This document shows, piece by piece, positions 23,081 through 34,167 of a stretch of DNA of 64,000 nucleotides. The notes under the pieces are model-generated. The model worked only from the letters and a program-made list of their open reading frames with translations, made no database searches and was not told the origin of the DNA. Positions within the stretch are counted from its first letter, which is position 1; each line of letters begins with the position of its first letter. The stretch is from Takakia lepidozioides (Eukaryota > Plantae > Bryophyta), in assembly GCA_030704615.1 (NCBI GenBank), contig CM060734.1:62124001-62188000 (forward strand), given 5' to 3'. The translations under genes and the position numbers were made by a program.

Positions 23081-23547
23081 CACTACAACAGATTGTGGCT
23101 TTTATTACTCCCATGGGTGCGCAGTCATGACATATTTGTGGCAGAAATGCCATTTGCAGTCGTAAAATGCTTTTGAAGTCATAATGCAGGTCTAGGGAAG
23201 GCGTATATGCGACTGTATGGCTCCGGACTCTGCGCAACACAGGTCAAACATGTTTGACCACGAATATTGGCATGGCAGATATGACTACCAGTCACGGTCA
23301 TGGCTACACTGGAATGACGTGTACATATTGCTAGACAGACATATGACTTCATGACTCTCACTCTAATGCATTCTGTCAGATCATCACATGGATGAATCAC
23401 TACATGACTGCACGTGTCGACACATGCTTTTCTGGTTATATATATAATATATGAGTATTTATATTTTGAAAAAACGGAGACTCTGACCACTAGAATGAAT
23501 TAAAAAATAATAAAAGAAAAACAAAGTGCAAAAAGATTTAAAAAAAA

Positions 23548-23760
23548 ACACATCGGCTGGTAAGTGGCACAGTGTGTCGCCCTGGTGGTTTGGGGTTCAA
23601 ACCCGCTGCCCTTATCCCGTGTGTGGGATTGTTCGTGACGGTATGTCTGGGCGTTGATTGTCATGTAGGTCTTATGGCCCTTAAATGAAGGCGGGTGAAT
23701 TTTCCCCCCTCCTCAAGGGCCTGTGGTTTCCTTTAAGAAAAGAAGAAAAAGGAAAAAAAA
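23548..23760 (+). mobile_element. Putative tRNA-derived SINE
   Basis: A-box-like TGGTAAGTGG, B-box GGTTCAAACCC (23594-23604), A-rich tail. Sits in an A-run and is absent from the paralogous site at ~22480. Confidence 0.6.
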
Positions 23761-23982
23761 TCAAAAAGGGGCATTAGGGTTTACAAAAATGTTAAAAAAA
23801 TTAAAAAGTTGCCCATCACGGTAGCGTGAACAAACTTAGAGCAAGCGGGGGAGAGAGAGAGAGAGGGCTGGGACTTAGAGCGAGCGAGCGGGAGTGAGGG
23901 CAAACATGCATGGGAGGCCCGTAGTTGGCGCAACCTTCGCATCTGAAGCAATCAACCCTAGAAACGCTAGGGTATGTGTGGG

Positions 23983-24950
23983 AGAAAGTGCTTTCGCCAA
24001 AGTTCATGGCACATCTTCTATGAGTGGATGGAGGATGCGGCTAGCCAACATTATGGAAAAGTGTTCCATGGGTCAATGACGGCGCTTTCTCTCACATCGA
24101 TGCAGGATATTCTGAACACATACAGTTGGTTCAAGGGACTTGGAAGCATTGTAGACGTTGGAGGAGGTGTGGGAGCGTGCATGGAAATGTTGGTGAAAAA
24201 GTATCCGAGCATTCAAGCCATCAGCTTTGACCAACCCCATGTTGTGGAGCTGGCTCCTCACTTACCTGATATCTCCATCGCCTACGCGTATTTCCTTGGT
24301 TTTTCAAGTTCACTGATTTGAAGATGTGAAATGTGCTCAATTTGTTGTCTTCCTCCTCGGAGGTTTTCTTAGTTCTATTGACTAAATCTCTTCCTTTCCC
24401 TTGCGAGGCAAAAAATAAAATAAAAATGTGCTCAATCAGTAAATGCTGCGGTAAGGATCCCTAGGATTCAGCGACCACCAGTTGTGCTTTGCAACATGAG
24501 TAGGAAGACTGTGGACCTCTTTGGTGTCCAACAATTATGTACCATGTTCTGTAGTCAAGCTGGGCCTTCTTCTGGTGTTGCAGTTAGGGGGTGTTCGAAC
24601 TTCGAACAAATGACAATCCATGACGCAACGTGTATACATGTAGTCGTAAGTGGAATCAGATGTACCGGTTCTGTTGAATCGACACTGAGAAGGTTACTTG
24701 CAAAAAGAACTTCGGGTATTCAGAGCAGGATTACCATTGGAATAGTTATGAAGAGGCGGAGAGAGAAGCTGAGCTTGGACCACAATCATAACTTGATTCT
24801 ACGAGTGTGACCAAAAAGCTCCTCATATTGTTCAATTTACGTAGGGCATTCTGGGGTAACCATGGGTGCGTTGTAATGGGTGCAGGAGTGAAGCTAGTCG
24901 GTGGAGACATGTTCGAGAGCGTGCCCTCTGCAGATTCTACCTTCCTGAAG
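23983..24950 (+). pseudogene. Captured fragment of a COMT-type plant O-methyltransferase (exon ~23983-24268, intron, 65-bp exon 24886-24950)
   Basis: SIVDVGGGVG...KYPSIQAISFDQPHVVELAP, then AG|GVKLVGGDMFESVPSADSTFLK|GT. The first donor reads AT instead of GT. Confidence 0.88.
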
Positions 24951-25367
24951 GTTCGTTTTGCCCTTTACTCTTGGGAATTTTTATAACTAGTGCATCGAAT
25001 CCATCATAATCGTTCCCAAAGTAAGAGTAGAGTACTTATCTACATTCCAAGATCTCTGGAATCATTCCAGCTTCAACTGTACATCTGCCATGCACATCTT
25101 TTTGCTTGTATAAGTCGTCATACATTTGTGTTGACCTCCCAAGCTTGCCTGCTGCAGGCAACCTCTGAACCTCTAACTTGAGATCCTTTCCCAGCTTGTA
25201 ACGTACATGATTTAGGTCAAATAGAAGTCAACTGGAATTTGCGAGCTCTTGAAGCAAGTGATGTGACAGGGCTTAGGTTTCGGCTGGGAGCTCGCTGTTC
25301 TTGGGAGAGTCAGCTTCGTCTTAGCAGGCCGTTTTTCAATCTCTACCCGCTCGGCTCTGATTTTACA

Positions 25368-27128
25368 GCACGGAGCAGAGCTGGCATGAGTTTCTTAAAG
25401 ATCCTTCACGATGGTGGGACAACCGCAATCGCAAGGTGTGGCTTTTTCTTAATGTACGATGTGAAGAAGTTTGTCCATCTTGCAAATGTGGGTTGGCTCC
25501 TGTTAGTACCATGATTTGGTATTCTTCCTGATGTTTACAAGGTTCTTGGGAGAGTTAGCTTGGTCTTAGTAGGCCGTGTTTCAATCTCTGCCCACTCAGC
25601 TGCACCGTGGTGGTTCTCACTGACCAATCCGACATTACCTAACTACAGACACAAGCACACACACAAGAGGTCCTCTTGGGTTCATGGTCAGTCAAATCCT
25701 CCATGGGTCATGACACAAGGTCGAGGACAATGTGGTGAGGGCACCTTCTTCTTCGACCTATTTCAGCCTGTTTTGCCCTCTCATCAGACTCCGCCCTTCA
25801 TTTGCAGCACGGAGCAGAGCTGGCATGAGATTTTTAAAGATCCTTCACGATGGTGCGACAACCGCAATGGCAAGGTGTGGCTTTTCCTTAATGTACGATG
25901 TGAAGAAGTTTGTCCATCCTGCAAATGTGGACTGTTGGCTCGTGTTAGTACCATGATTTGGTATTCTTCCTGATGCTTCAAGGTTCTTGGGAGAGTCAGC
26001 TTGGTCTTAGCAGGCCGTGTTTCAATCTCTGCCTGCTCATCTGCACCATGCTGGTTCTCACAGACCAATCCGACATTACTTGACTACAAGACACAAGCAG
26101 CACACACAAGAGGTCCTTTTGGGTTGATGGTCGGTCAAATCCTCTATGGGTTCTTCTTCGACCTATTTCAGCCTGTTTTTCCCTCTCATCAAACTCGGCC
26201 CTGAGATGCATATTGAATTATATGAGTTAGTTCGTTGCTCATTGATAAGTAGGGTTGGGGGTGTTTGCTGGAATGATTGCTGTATGCATGATTTTGTGTA
26301 GAGGCATAGATAGCCGAAGGAGCACGGATAGAGTGTGGAAGAGGGCCAGATTTCAAGCTCCAGATTATCTATGATTCCATGTGGAAGGATAGATACAAGA
26401 AACCTGCATGGGTAGATGGTGAACTGGAAGCCGCAGATGTAGCGGCACAATTGATAAATCAGGCACTGCTAATAAAGGCACCTTCTTCAACACATTTCAC
26501 CCTGTTTTTCCCTCTTATCAAAACCGGCCCTAAATATCAATGTCTGCAAGTTAGCTGGTTGAGTGAATCTAGTTTGGAGTGACTTTGACATGATATTGCC
26601 AATGTGACAACAGGAAAATATCGAAAAACAGTTAACGGAGATGAGGGGAAGTTGTGGAATGAATACTTTTCTGACCCCAGTCAATGGTGGGACAACCGAG
26701 GCAAAAAGGTAAATGCCTGTTGGATTACAGAGAGTAGTAGATGCAATTGAGAATAAGAACTAGTGTGATAAGTTGAGTTGGGTGTTTGCTGGAACAAATG
26801 TAGGCTGTCATTGTCAGCTGTTAACAGCAATGCAAGGATATATATGATCTGTGCATAGGCATGGATAGCTGAAGGAGCAAGGATAGAGTGTGGGTCCAGA
26901 TCATCCAAGAGAGCCGGATTTCAAGCTCCACATTACCAATGATTTCCTGTGGAAGGATAGCTACAAGAAACCTGCATGGGTAGATGGTAGATAGTTTGGA
27001 GTGACTTTGACATGATATTGCCAAAGTAACAATAGGAAAGTATCCATAAACAGGTAACAGAGACGAGGAGAAGCTGTGGAATGAACTTTTCTGACCCCAG
27101 TCAATGGTGGGACAACAGAGGCAAAAAG
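25368..27128 (+). pseudogene. Tandemly duplicated exon fragments encoding OSB-type PDF motifs
   Basis: EQSWHE.FKDPSRW[WC]DNRN.K|GT (~25370, ~25810), LWNE..SDPSQWWDNRGKK|GT (~26650, ~27070), PDFKL.I....LWKD.YKKPAWV (~26347, ~26914). Repeat units are ~420-440 bp. Confidence 0.7.
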
Positions 27129-27814
27129 GTGAATGCCTGTTAGATTACAGAGAGTAGTAGACGCAATTCAGCATAGGCACTAAGGCAAACTCTCCTTCCC
27201 CGTAAGTGTGTGTTTTGGTATCTGAGCGAATAAATATGTTATCTAAGAATATAATTTCAAAATTCGTTATTTAATAATGTGCCACTGTCCCCTGTTGGTC
27301 AAAAGTAATAATAATAATAATTATTATTATTATCGGAATTATAATAACAATAAATTAAATCCCCAACCCCACCCCCCGACGCGTGTCAATTGATATGAGG
27401 AACCACGTGTCAAAATCGCGATGTGACACGTGCTGACGTCTGATTCCCTCCTCTGTAGTTGGGATGGCGTCGCAGTCTGATACGTGGCGTGTTCTGTAGA
27501 GAGCACGTGTCTCTCTTACACAGCGGCTGACATGGACCCATTCAGTAGAGCCAGCGTGTATGACTACCCCCACAGCTGCGCATGCGCCACGTCACAGCCA
27601 CGCTAGCGAGTCATATCTGCCATGCCACAACTGACTAGGGTTTTTACGACTGTAGAGTCATGAAGTCGTAAATGGCTTTCATAACTGCATTTGCAGTCAT
27701 AACACAGAGTCGTAAAAGCCGCAATCTGTTGTAGTGGCTGCACACCCAGAGTGGGTGCAGGTTGCATAGATGCAACTGGAAGGCCTAAGTTGTTTAAAAG
27801 GTATCTGTTGTGGT

Positions 27815-28939
27815 TGTCGCACGGCATTTACTCACCCATCCCTTCGCTATTCGAGGCGGAAACTCCAAGATAGAAGAGTTGGAAATCTCTAAGTACTCAG
27901 CCCGCGAAGAACAATCAGTCATGACCTACAGCTAGTGTATCATGGGGGTGTTTCCTATTTGTTTCCCTTTTGGCATTCATGTTAGCTACCTTACCATTGA
28001 TAATTAAGTATCAGTTTGCTTTATCAATCTATTGGATTTCGTCAACTCATCCATTCATTCCACAGCTTCACTCAGATCTCTCTACACAGTGTGATTGTAT
28101 CGTAAAAGTATCCGATTATGATTTATCAGGTATCAGGCCGAAGCCATTGTGTCTCTAATCTGCTCTACAATATCATTACAGCCTTGCATATAACAAGCAT
28201 CTACTCATCATCTCTCTATCTTCACTTCCGTTCTTAATCTCTGCCCGACCCCTCTCCTCCATGACCAAGAAGTCCTCCACCGAATGATATTCCCAAAATT
28301 CCCCGCTTCTCCCTTTATCTTCCTACCCGTGGTTCTAACCGTTTCCCTCACTAACCCGTCTGTGAACTAACATGTTCCTTCGCAGGTGTTGTTCCCCACA
28401 GTCGTTCCCTGTCCTGCTCTCCGTTCCCTATGATCGTGACAGCTGTGTCAAGCTGTGACTGGCTGTGTGAAACTGTGACGGGCTGTGACTGGCTGTGCGA
28501 CTGTGTTTGGCTGTGTCGGGCTGTGACTGGCTGTGTCGGCTGTGATGGCTGTGTCGGCTGTGACGACTGTGTCGGCTGTGTTGGCTGTGTCTGCTGTGAC
28601 GACTGTAACGGGCTGTGTTTGTGTCGCTGTGTGGCTGTGTCGGCTGTGACGACTGGGGCTGTGTCGGCTGTGTCTTTGTGACGACTGTAACGGGCTGTGT
28701 GGCTGTGTCGGTTGTGACGACTGTGACGGGCTGTGTCGGCTGTGTCTGTTGTGACGACGAACTGTGTGTTGGCTGTGTCGGCTGTGTGACGGCTGTGACT
28801 ACTGTGACGGGCTATGTAACCCCCCTCTACAGTGCGCTGCTGTCACCCCTAAGGCTCCTGTTGGTCTCAGTCTGTGCAAAAATTAAGGGTACCCTACAGA
28901 TCCCGTTTAAGTGTCTAAGTCCCAGACAGTCCTCTAACA
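27815..28939 (-). repeat. Element C 3' LTR
   Basis: TGTCGC...CTAACA, with a long GGCTGTGTC/GACGACTGT minisatellite at ~28435-28815. Confidence 0.95.
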
Positions 28940-28977
28940 TTACCTTTTCCCCCCTCAAAAAGCCGTGTCCTCACGGT

Positions 28978-31900
28978 TTACTGATTTCGATTAGCAACCC
29001 TTTGTGAGTGAGCACCTTTTTTGACGTTGAGAGTTTCTTGGCGAACTGTGTGTACGAGCCCTAGGTCTGTCTCTGGTTGACGGAGATGGTTGGTCACTAC
29101 CTGGATAAGTGAGTCCCTCTGGAGGCTGATATCGAGGTAACCTTTCCGGCATAGGAGACCCCCGTCGCTTCTTCTCCGCCATCTGAATTGCATAGTCTTC
29201 TCCCATGTCAAAAGAATTCGGTGAAGAAACAGTTGTATCAGAATCTTCATCGCCTCTCAGGTGTTTTAATTTTCGAACTTTTTGTGGCATCATCTGGGGC
29301 ATACAATGTTGTCCTACCATGTCTGGAAGTTTATATTTACAACTTGGTGTAAACCACTGAACAGCAAAATTGGTGTAGACACTGAGATCCTTGTCTGTCC
29401 AGGTGGGGGGTGAGTGGGGTACCAATTACTGGTGCAGCGTTGCAAGTATTTCCATGCCACATGTCCCTTATAGATATATCATCAATGCCGAATTTCTCTG
29501 TTGACAAATTGTTCCAGGCCGCTTGAAACCATGAACGAATTTGAGAATCCTTTTGCATCATAGCTTTTGCGTCATATAGGTACATATGAGGTGGCACCGA
29601 AGGTAATACCCAATGGCCCCCACTGGAATAACTGAGAAAGCGTGCTTGCATCTTTTGTTGCTCAATGTGATAACGTACTAGAAAACAAGCAGCGTAGTAT
29701 AACCCGCATCCCATGACAATACTTGCTACCTCCTTGGTCTTGGTATAAATGAGTCCATGTACAACCTGGAAAGCAATCAATTCCCTCAACATGGTACCTG
29801 CCTCGTGCCAGTATTGTGCAAAGTGATGATCTTCAATATGTCGATTGTTCGGAAGAACTTTAGTCCTAGTTGCCACTGGCAGCCAAATACGCATGATTTG
29901 GTAGTAATGTGCGAATGACTGCGGAGGACTAAATTCTTTCCAAGCCAAATCCAACATGATGGGAATTTGGTTGAAGGGCATAATCATAGCCTACTGTACT
30001 CCCTTGCAGCTGGAGTTTTAGGTGGGTTAAAAGCTGCATTGCCCCATACCTCAGGTTGGTGGCTGATGTGTTGTGTTGTACTAACAACAGGTTCAGCTAC
30101 TGGTACAGTGACTTGTTGTGGTGGTGGTGGTACTGGCTCTTGTATCATTGGCATCTCTTGCACCTCCTGTGAAGACTGAAAAGCCAAAGTTCTGGCTTGT
30201 AAATAAGAAGCCATTAGCTGTTCCTGAGGGATATAGACTCTTTTGTCGAGTTTGAAGTGAGGTCCTCCACTTGAGTCTACAGTCCGTCTACATCCTCTTG
30301 TAACTCTGCTATCCTACTATAGACATTGTCTATAGTAGTTGTGGCAATGTTCTGCACCTGCAGCCTGAGCTCATTCATCTCGCTTTGGGTGAGCTTTCGT
30401 GGTGCTTTGCCCTCTACTGGCCCTTGTGCTAACCAGACCTGCATAAGGCTGTTATCCACCAAGTTGCTTGTGGTTCCCTGAGAGTTTTGCTCCTCTCTTA
30501 GCTTGTACACTTCTAACTGCTATTGTAAAGCCTCCATGCGCTTCGCCTGAGGTTCAACCAACTTCGCATAGGCAGCAGCCAGATTATTAGCTTCCTCCAA
30601 GCCTTGTTATTGACCGCGATTTCATTCTATTGGCCATGATCATTTGGTGCAACTCCAAGACGCGTGCTTCTCTTGATCAGCTTCAACCTGCCTGTATTGC
30701 TTGAAAGCATCCATCATTGCGACAAATTGTATTCTTCATATCGACAATGAGTTTCAATTGCTCAACATTCTCCTCTTCTGCCCTTCGTACATTTTTGCTT
30801 GGACTGTTTATTTCTTTTGTAGATTGTTCAAGCATAGTTGTGAATGTAGCACATTGTATCGCCATCCTGTCAATGCACTGTCTGCAACTCCGTATGTAGT
30901 GCATTCACTTCTTGCAACTTGCTTTCATGCTGCACCTGCATTTGGTAGAGCTGTTGCTATGTGCTTCGTGCAACTGGTCTTGCGCGAGGCCGCCTCAATC
31001 AATTGTTCATTGCCAATTGCAAGCCGCTTCTGTATTCCCAAGTCCTGCTGCATCTTGAGAGTGACCTCTTCATCGACCTTGTTTGCACACTCAGTGGCTA
31101 GTCGAGCCTCGAACTCCTTCCTGAGTTCCTCTCTCAAGGCTGTCAATTGGGTAGTTGGAACATGGGATTTGACATAAGTCCCAACAAATTAAGTGTCCTG
31201 CCTATGGAACTCATCAGCATTGCCTGTTGAGGGTCATCATGGTGAGGTTGTGCTTGTTCCTCCTGATCCTCAACAGTGTGTGTGATGTTTCACCGAACCA
31301 TTCAGGCCATTGTCCCACCAGATTTTCTCCTGAAACCACTTCATCTATACCGGTGCTACAGTGTCATGACCTTCCGCCTGTGGTACCTCCGACACAGGTG
31401 TGTGTATATATGCACCTCAGGATTTCCCTTGGGCAAATGTTGCACCTCTGGGATCTCTGTCTCCTTGACCAGACCAGAATTATAGAGAAGGTCCCCTTCT
31501 GCATTTCTGCCACTATTGTTCTGTAGTTGGAATATCTAACCCTTCTCTTTCCAAATCAATTAATTTCTGGTTGAGCTGCATGGACAACTTGTGACCTTGT
31601 GAAATCGATCAGCTGGCTGTGATGGTTGTGATACAGAAGTAACTTCCTCCTCCCTCTCTGAAGGTCCTGCTTCCAGTAATAGCATTTCTCTGTGCTGCTG
31701 TGCCCCTTCCTGCACATGAGCTTGGGAAACATTATCATGCGGAATCCGTGAAGCCAGTGGATCCGCCACTACAGTCTTTCCCCGTCTCTGTCTCTTAGTC
31801 TCGGGTTGCCCTGCTAGTCCACCCTCACTGTGTGAAGAGCCTTGCTCTTCCATTGCAGTGGTTTCTGGCTCAAACACTCCCATTTCCTTTCTTTCTTGCG

Positions 31901-34167
31901 CATCAAGTATGCCAGAATCAAGGATTATTTGAGCAATGATTGGGCCAGACACTATGATAGGAGACTTTGCGGTAGTACCTTGTAATCTTTTCATCTCCTC
32001 CACCAGTGCGTTGTACATTATGTCCGCCCATTGTACCTCTTGTCCCTTCAGGCCTTTGAGTATTTCCTCCGTGAAGGATCTGCTCAAATACTGTTGGTTC
32101 TGTTTCATGGCAATCAGAACGTTCAATACCTGGCCTACCTCTTTTAGCCCTGGGTACACAGCCTTGGTACAAGCATAACCCTGAGTTTTAAAGAAACTCC
32201 CTTCTTGGAATAAGTCCCCTATTTGCAGTCTTGCCCTGTGTTCCTCCACATGCACCTGACCTGCTGGCAATCGAAACAATTGCTGGAGGTATAGGGGAGT
32301 AATCATCAATTCAACTCCCTTCACCGTTGTTGTTCCATGTCCTTGGCTCAAAGTTCTGCAAAAATTGTAACATGTACTGTCTATGGTGTAATGTCCAATC
32401 TAGGCTTTGCAATCCTTGCAATCTCAGCTCCTCCAGTATCTGTATCGCCTGTGGGGTAGCAATCGTTTGTTTCTGCAGAATTGTGGTGCTCTTCACCCTG
32501 ATTTCCTCCATTCCTCTCACTCTCTTCATTTTAGACTCACAGAACTGTTTTGGCTGTAACAACTGCAGAAATGCCTGTAGTGCACAAAGCATAAACGTAT
32601 GGTTGCCACAGAAAGCTATGGGTAATTTCTTGTAAGCTTGCGGGGCTTGCAAGCATCGCTCAAGAGAAAAGCTCCGCTCTGTTCTTTCGTGTCTATGCTG
32701 CGTAAGTAATATTGCGAGCGTATAATCTGTTAGTTCCTCCATAGTTTCCAAGCTATAGCATTGATGGTCTGTCCCGTCGAGACGCCCGTTACTCAGAACG
32801 ACGCCGCCTCTTGCGCTCAATTTCCCTCCATTTTCTTGATCATTTCTCTGGTTTTCTATTGGCTGTATCCGCTGTGACTGGATTTTAGATTTTATTTTCT
32901 TTAGTGGACTTTCCCTGCTGGATAGTCCACTAGGATCACACATGTGACAAGAATTTCGCTTTTCTGTACTTGCCGTTTGTTCCGTTTCCCTTTTTCCGTA
33001 TTCATTAATGGGCCCGCCTTTCATCCCTTTTGACGGCCGTTCTTGTCCTCTTTCTTTATGACACCTGTTCTTGCACTTCCTTCTCAGCTGTGTGTCGCGC
33101 CCTGACCTCCACGTGTCTATTTTTAAACTAATTTCCGTTTTCTCTTCCGTCAGCCATTTTCCTGAAGTTATTATGCGTCCACCTGTCACTGATTCTATGG
33201 ATCGTGTAACCCTAGTAGGCTGTGTTGAGCTGTGACAGGCTGTGTCATACTGTGTTACGCTGTGATTGGCTGTGATGCACTGTGGTAAGCTGTGATAGGC
33301 TGTGACACGCTGTGGTAGGTTGTGATAGGCTGTGTTGCGCCGTGCTGGGCTGTGATAGGCTATGTCACGTTGTGATGGGCTGTGATAGGTTGTGCTTTGC
33401 CTTGATGGGCTGTGATAGGCTGTGTCACGTCGTGATGGGCTGTGATAGGCTGTGCTTTGCCTTGATGGGCTGTGATAGGCTGTGTCACGTCGTGATGGGC
33501 TGTGATAGGCTGTGTCACGTTTGTTTTGCCCGCCCTGGTCATATATGCTCGGCCTAGCGACAAGTGCTCCATACTCCGTTCGTAACACTGGTGCAGCCCG
33601 TGACTGCTCTTGCGGTTCAACATGCAAATCATGCTGCAAGGGTTTGTCATGGATACCACTGTACCCCTTCAACTTATTGGCATTGACTCTTCCCAGCATT
33701 TCTTTGTTAATGGTTTGTAACATGGCGGTGTTGTTATCATACATCTTTTGTATGACATAAGGTCTTTTCCATGGTGATTTAAGCTTAGAAGCTTGAATCT
33801 TTCCTTTCTTCTGCAACCATAGAACCAAATCCCCCGTCTTAAAAGTCTTTAACTTGCCTTCATCAAACTGTTCCTTTCTCTTCATCTGAATTCTGGTCAT
33901 ATTATCAGCTGCATCAGCACGTACTTCTTCCACATGGTATAATTCATGTTTCCTGACCTTGATGGAGTCTTGCAATTCCATTCTCTTTCCCCACTCCGTT
34001 CTCATGGTAGGTAACAGGAATTCCACTGGAAGTAAGGCTTCCATACCATAAACTAATTGGAATGGTGTATACTTAGTGGTGACTTTATATGAAGTCCTGT
34101 ATGACCACAAAGCTGTCAGCAGCTTTGTATCCCAATCCGTTCTGTTTGCATTGACTATCTTAGCCAA
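28978..34167 (-). pseudogene. Element C integrase C-terminus, repeat linker and 3' extra ORF
   Basis: ORF 32311..34167 runs from integrase through TAYHSPSR repeats into MEELTDYTLA...; further pieces at 31560..32351 and 29337..29987. Confidence 0.75.

Larger units (their letters stand above)
23081..27736 (+). mobile_element. Non-autonomous Pack-type CACTA element (~4.7 kb)
   Basis: TIRs CACTACAACAGATTGTGGCTTTTA (23081) and TAAAAGCCGCAATCTGTTGTAGTG (ends 27736), with shared ATGACT / GCATGGCAGATATGACT subterminal motifs. No transposase. The 3-bp flanks (AAA vs GCT) do not match. Confidence 0.8.

Noticed and set aside
23556-23610. tRNA gene
   Set aside because: Only A/B-box-like motifs are present; I could not fold a cloverleaf, and a body plus A-tail follows, which fits a SINE better.
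28430-29007. Cys-rich metallothionein-like ORFs (also 41089..41385, 33312..33557, 61792..62166)
   Set aside because: They are translations of the GCTGTG minisatellite.
29984-29987. ATGA stop-start overlap suggesting translational coupling within the 3' ORF of C
   Set aside because: In B (~4699-4710) one extra base makes the region read through (EYSQAMIMP), so the overlap in C is probably a 1-bp deletion or error.
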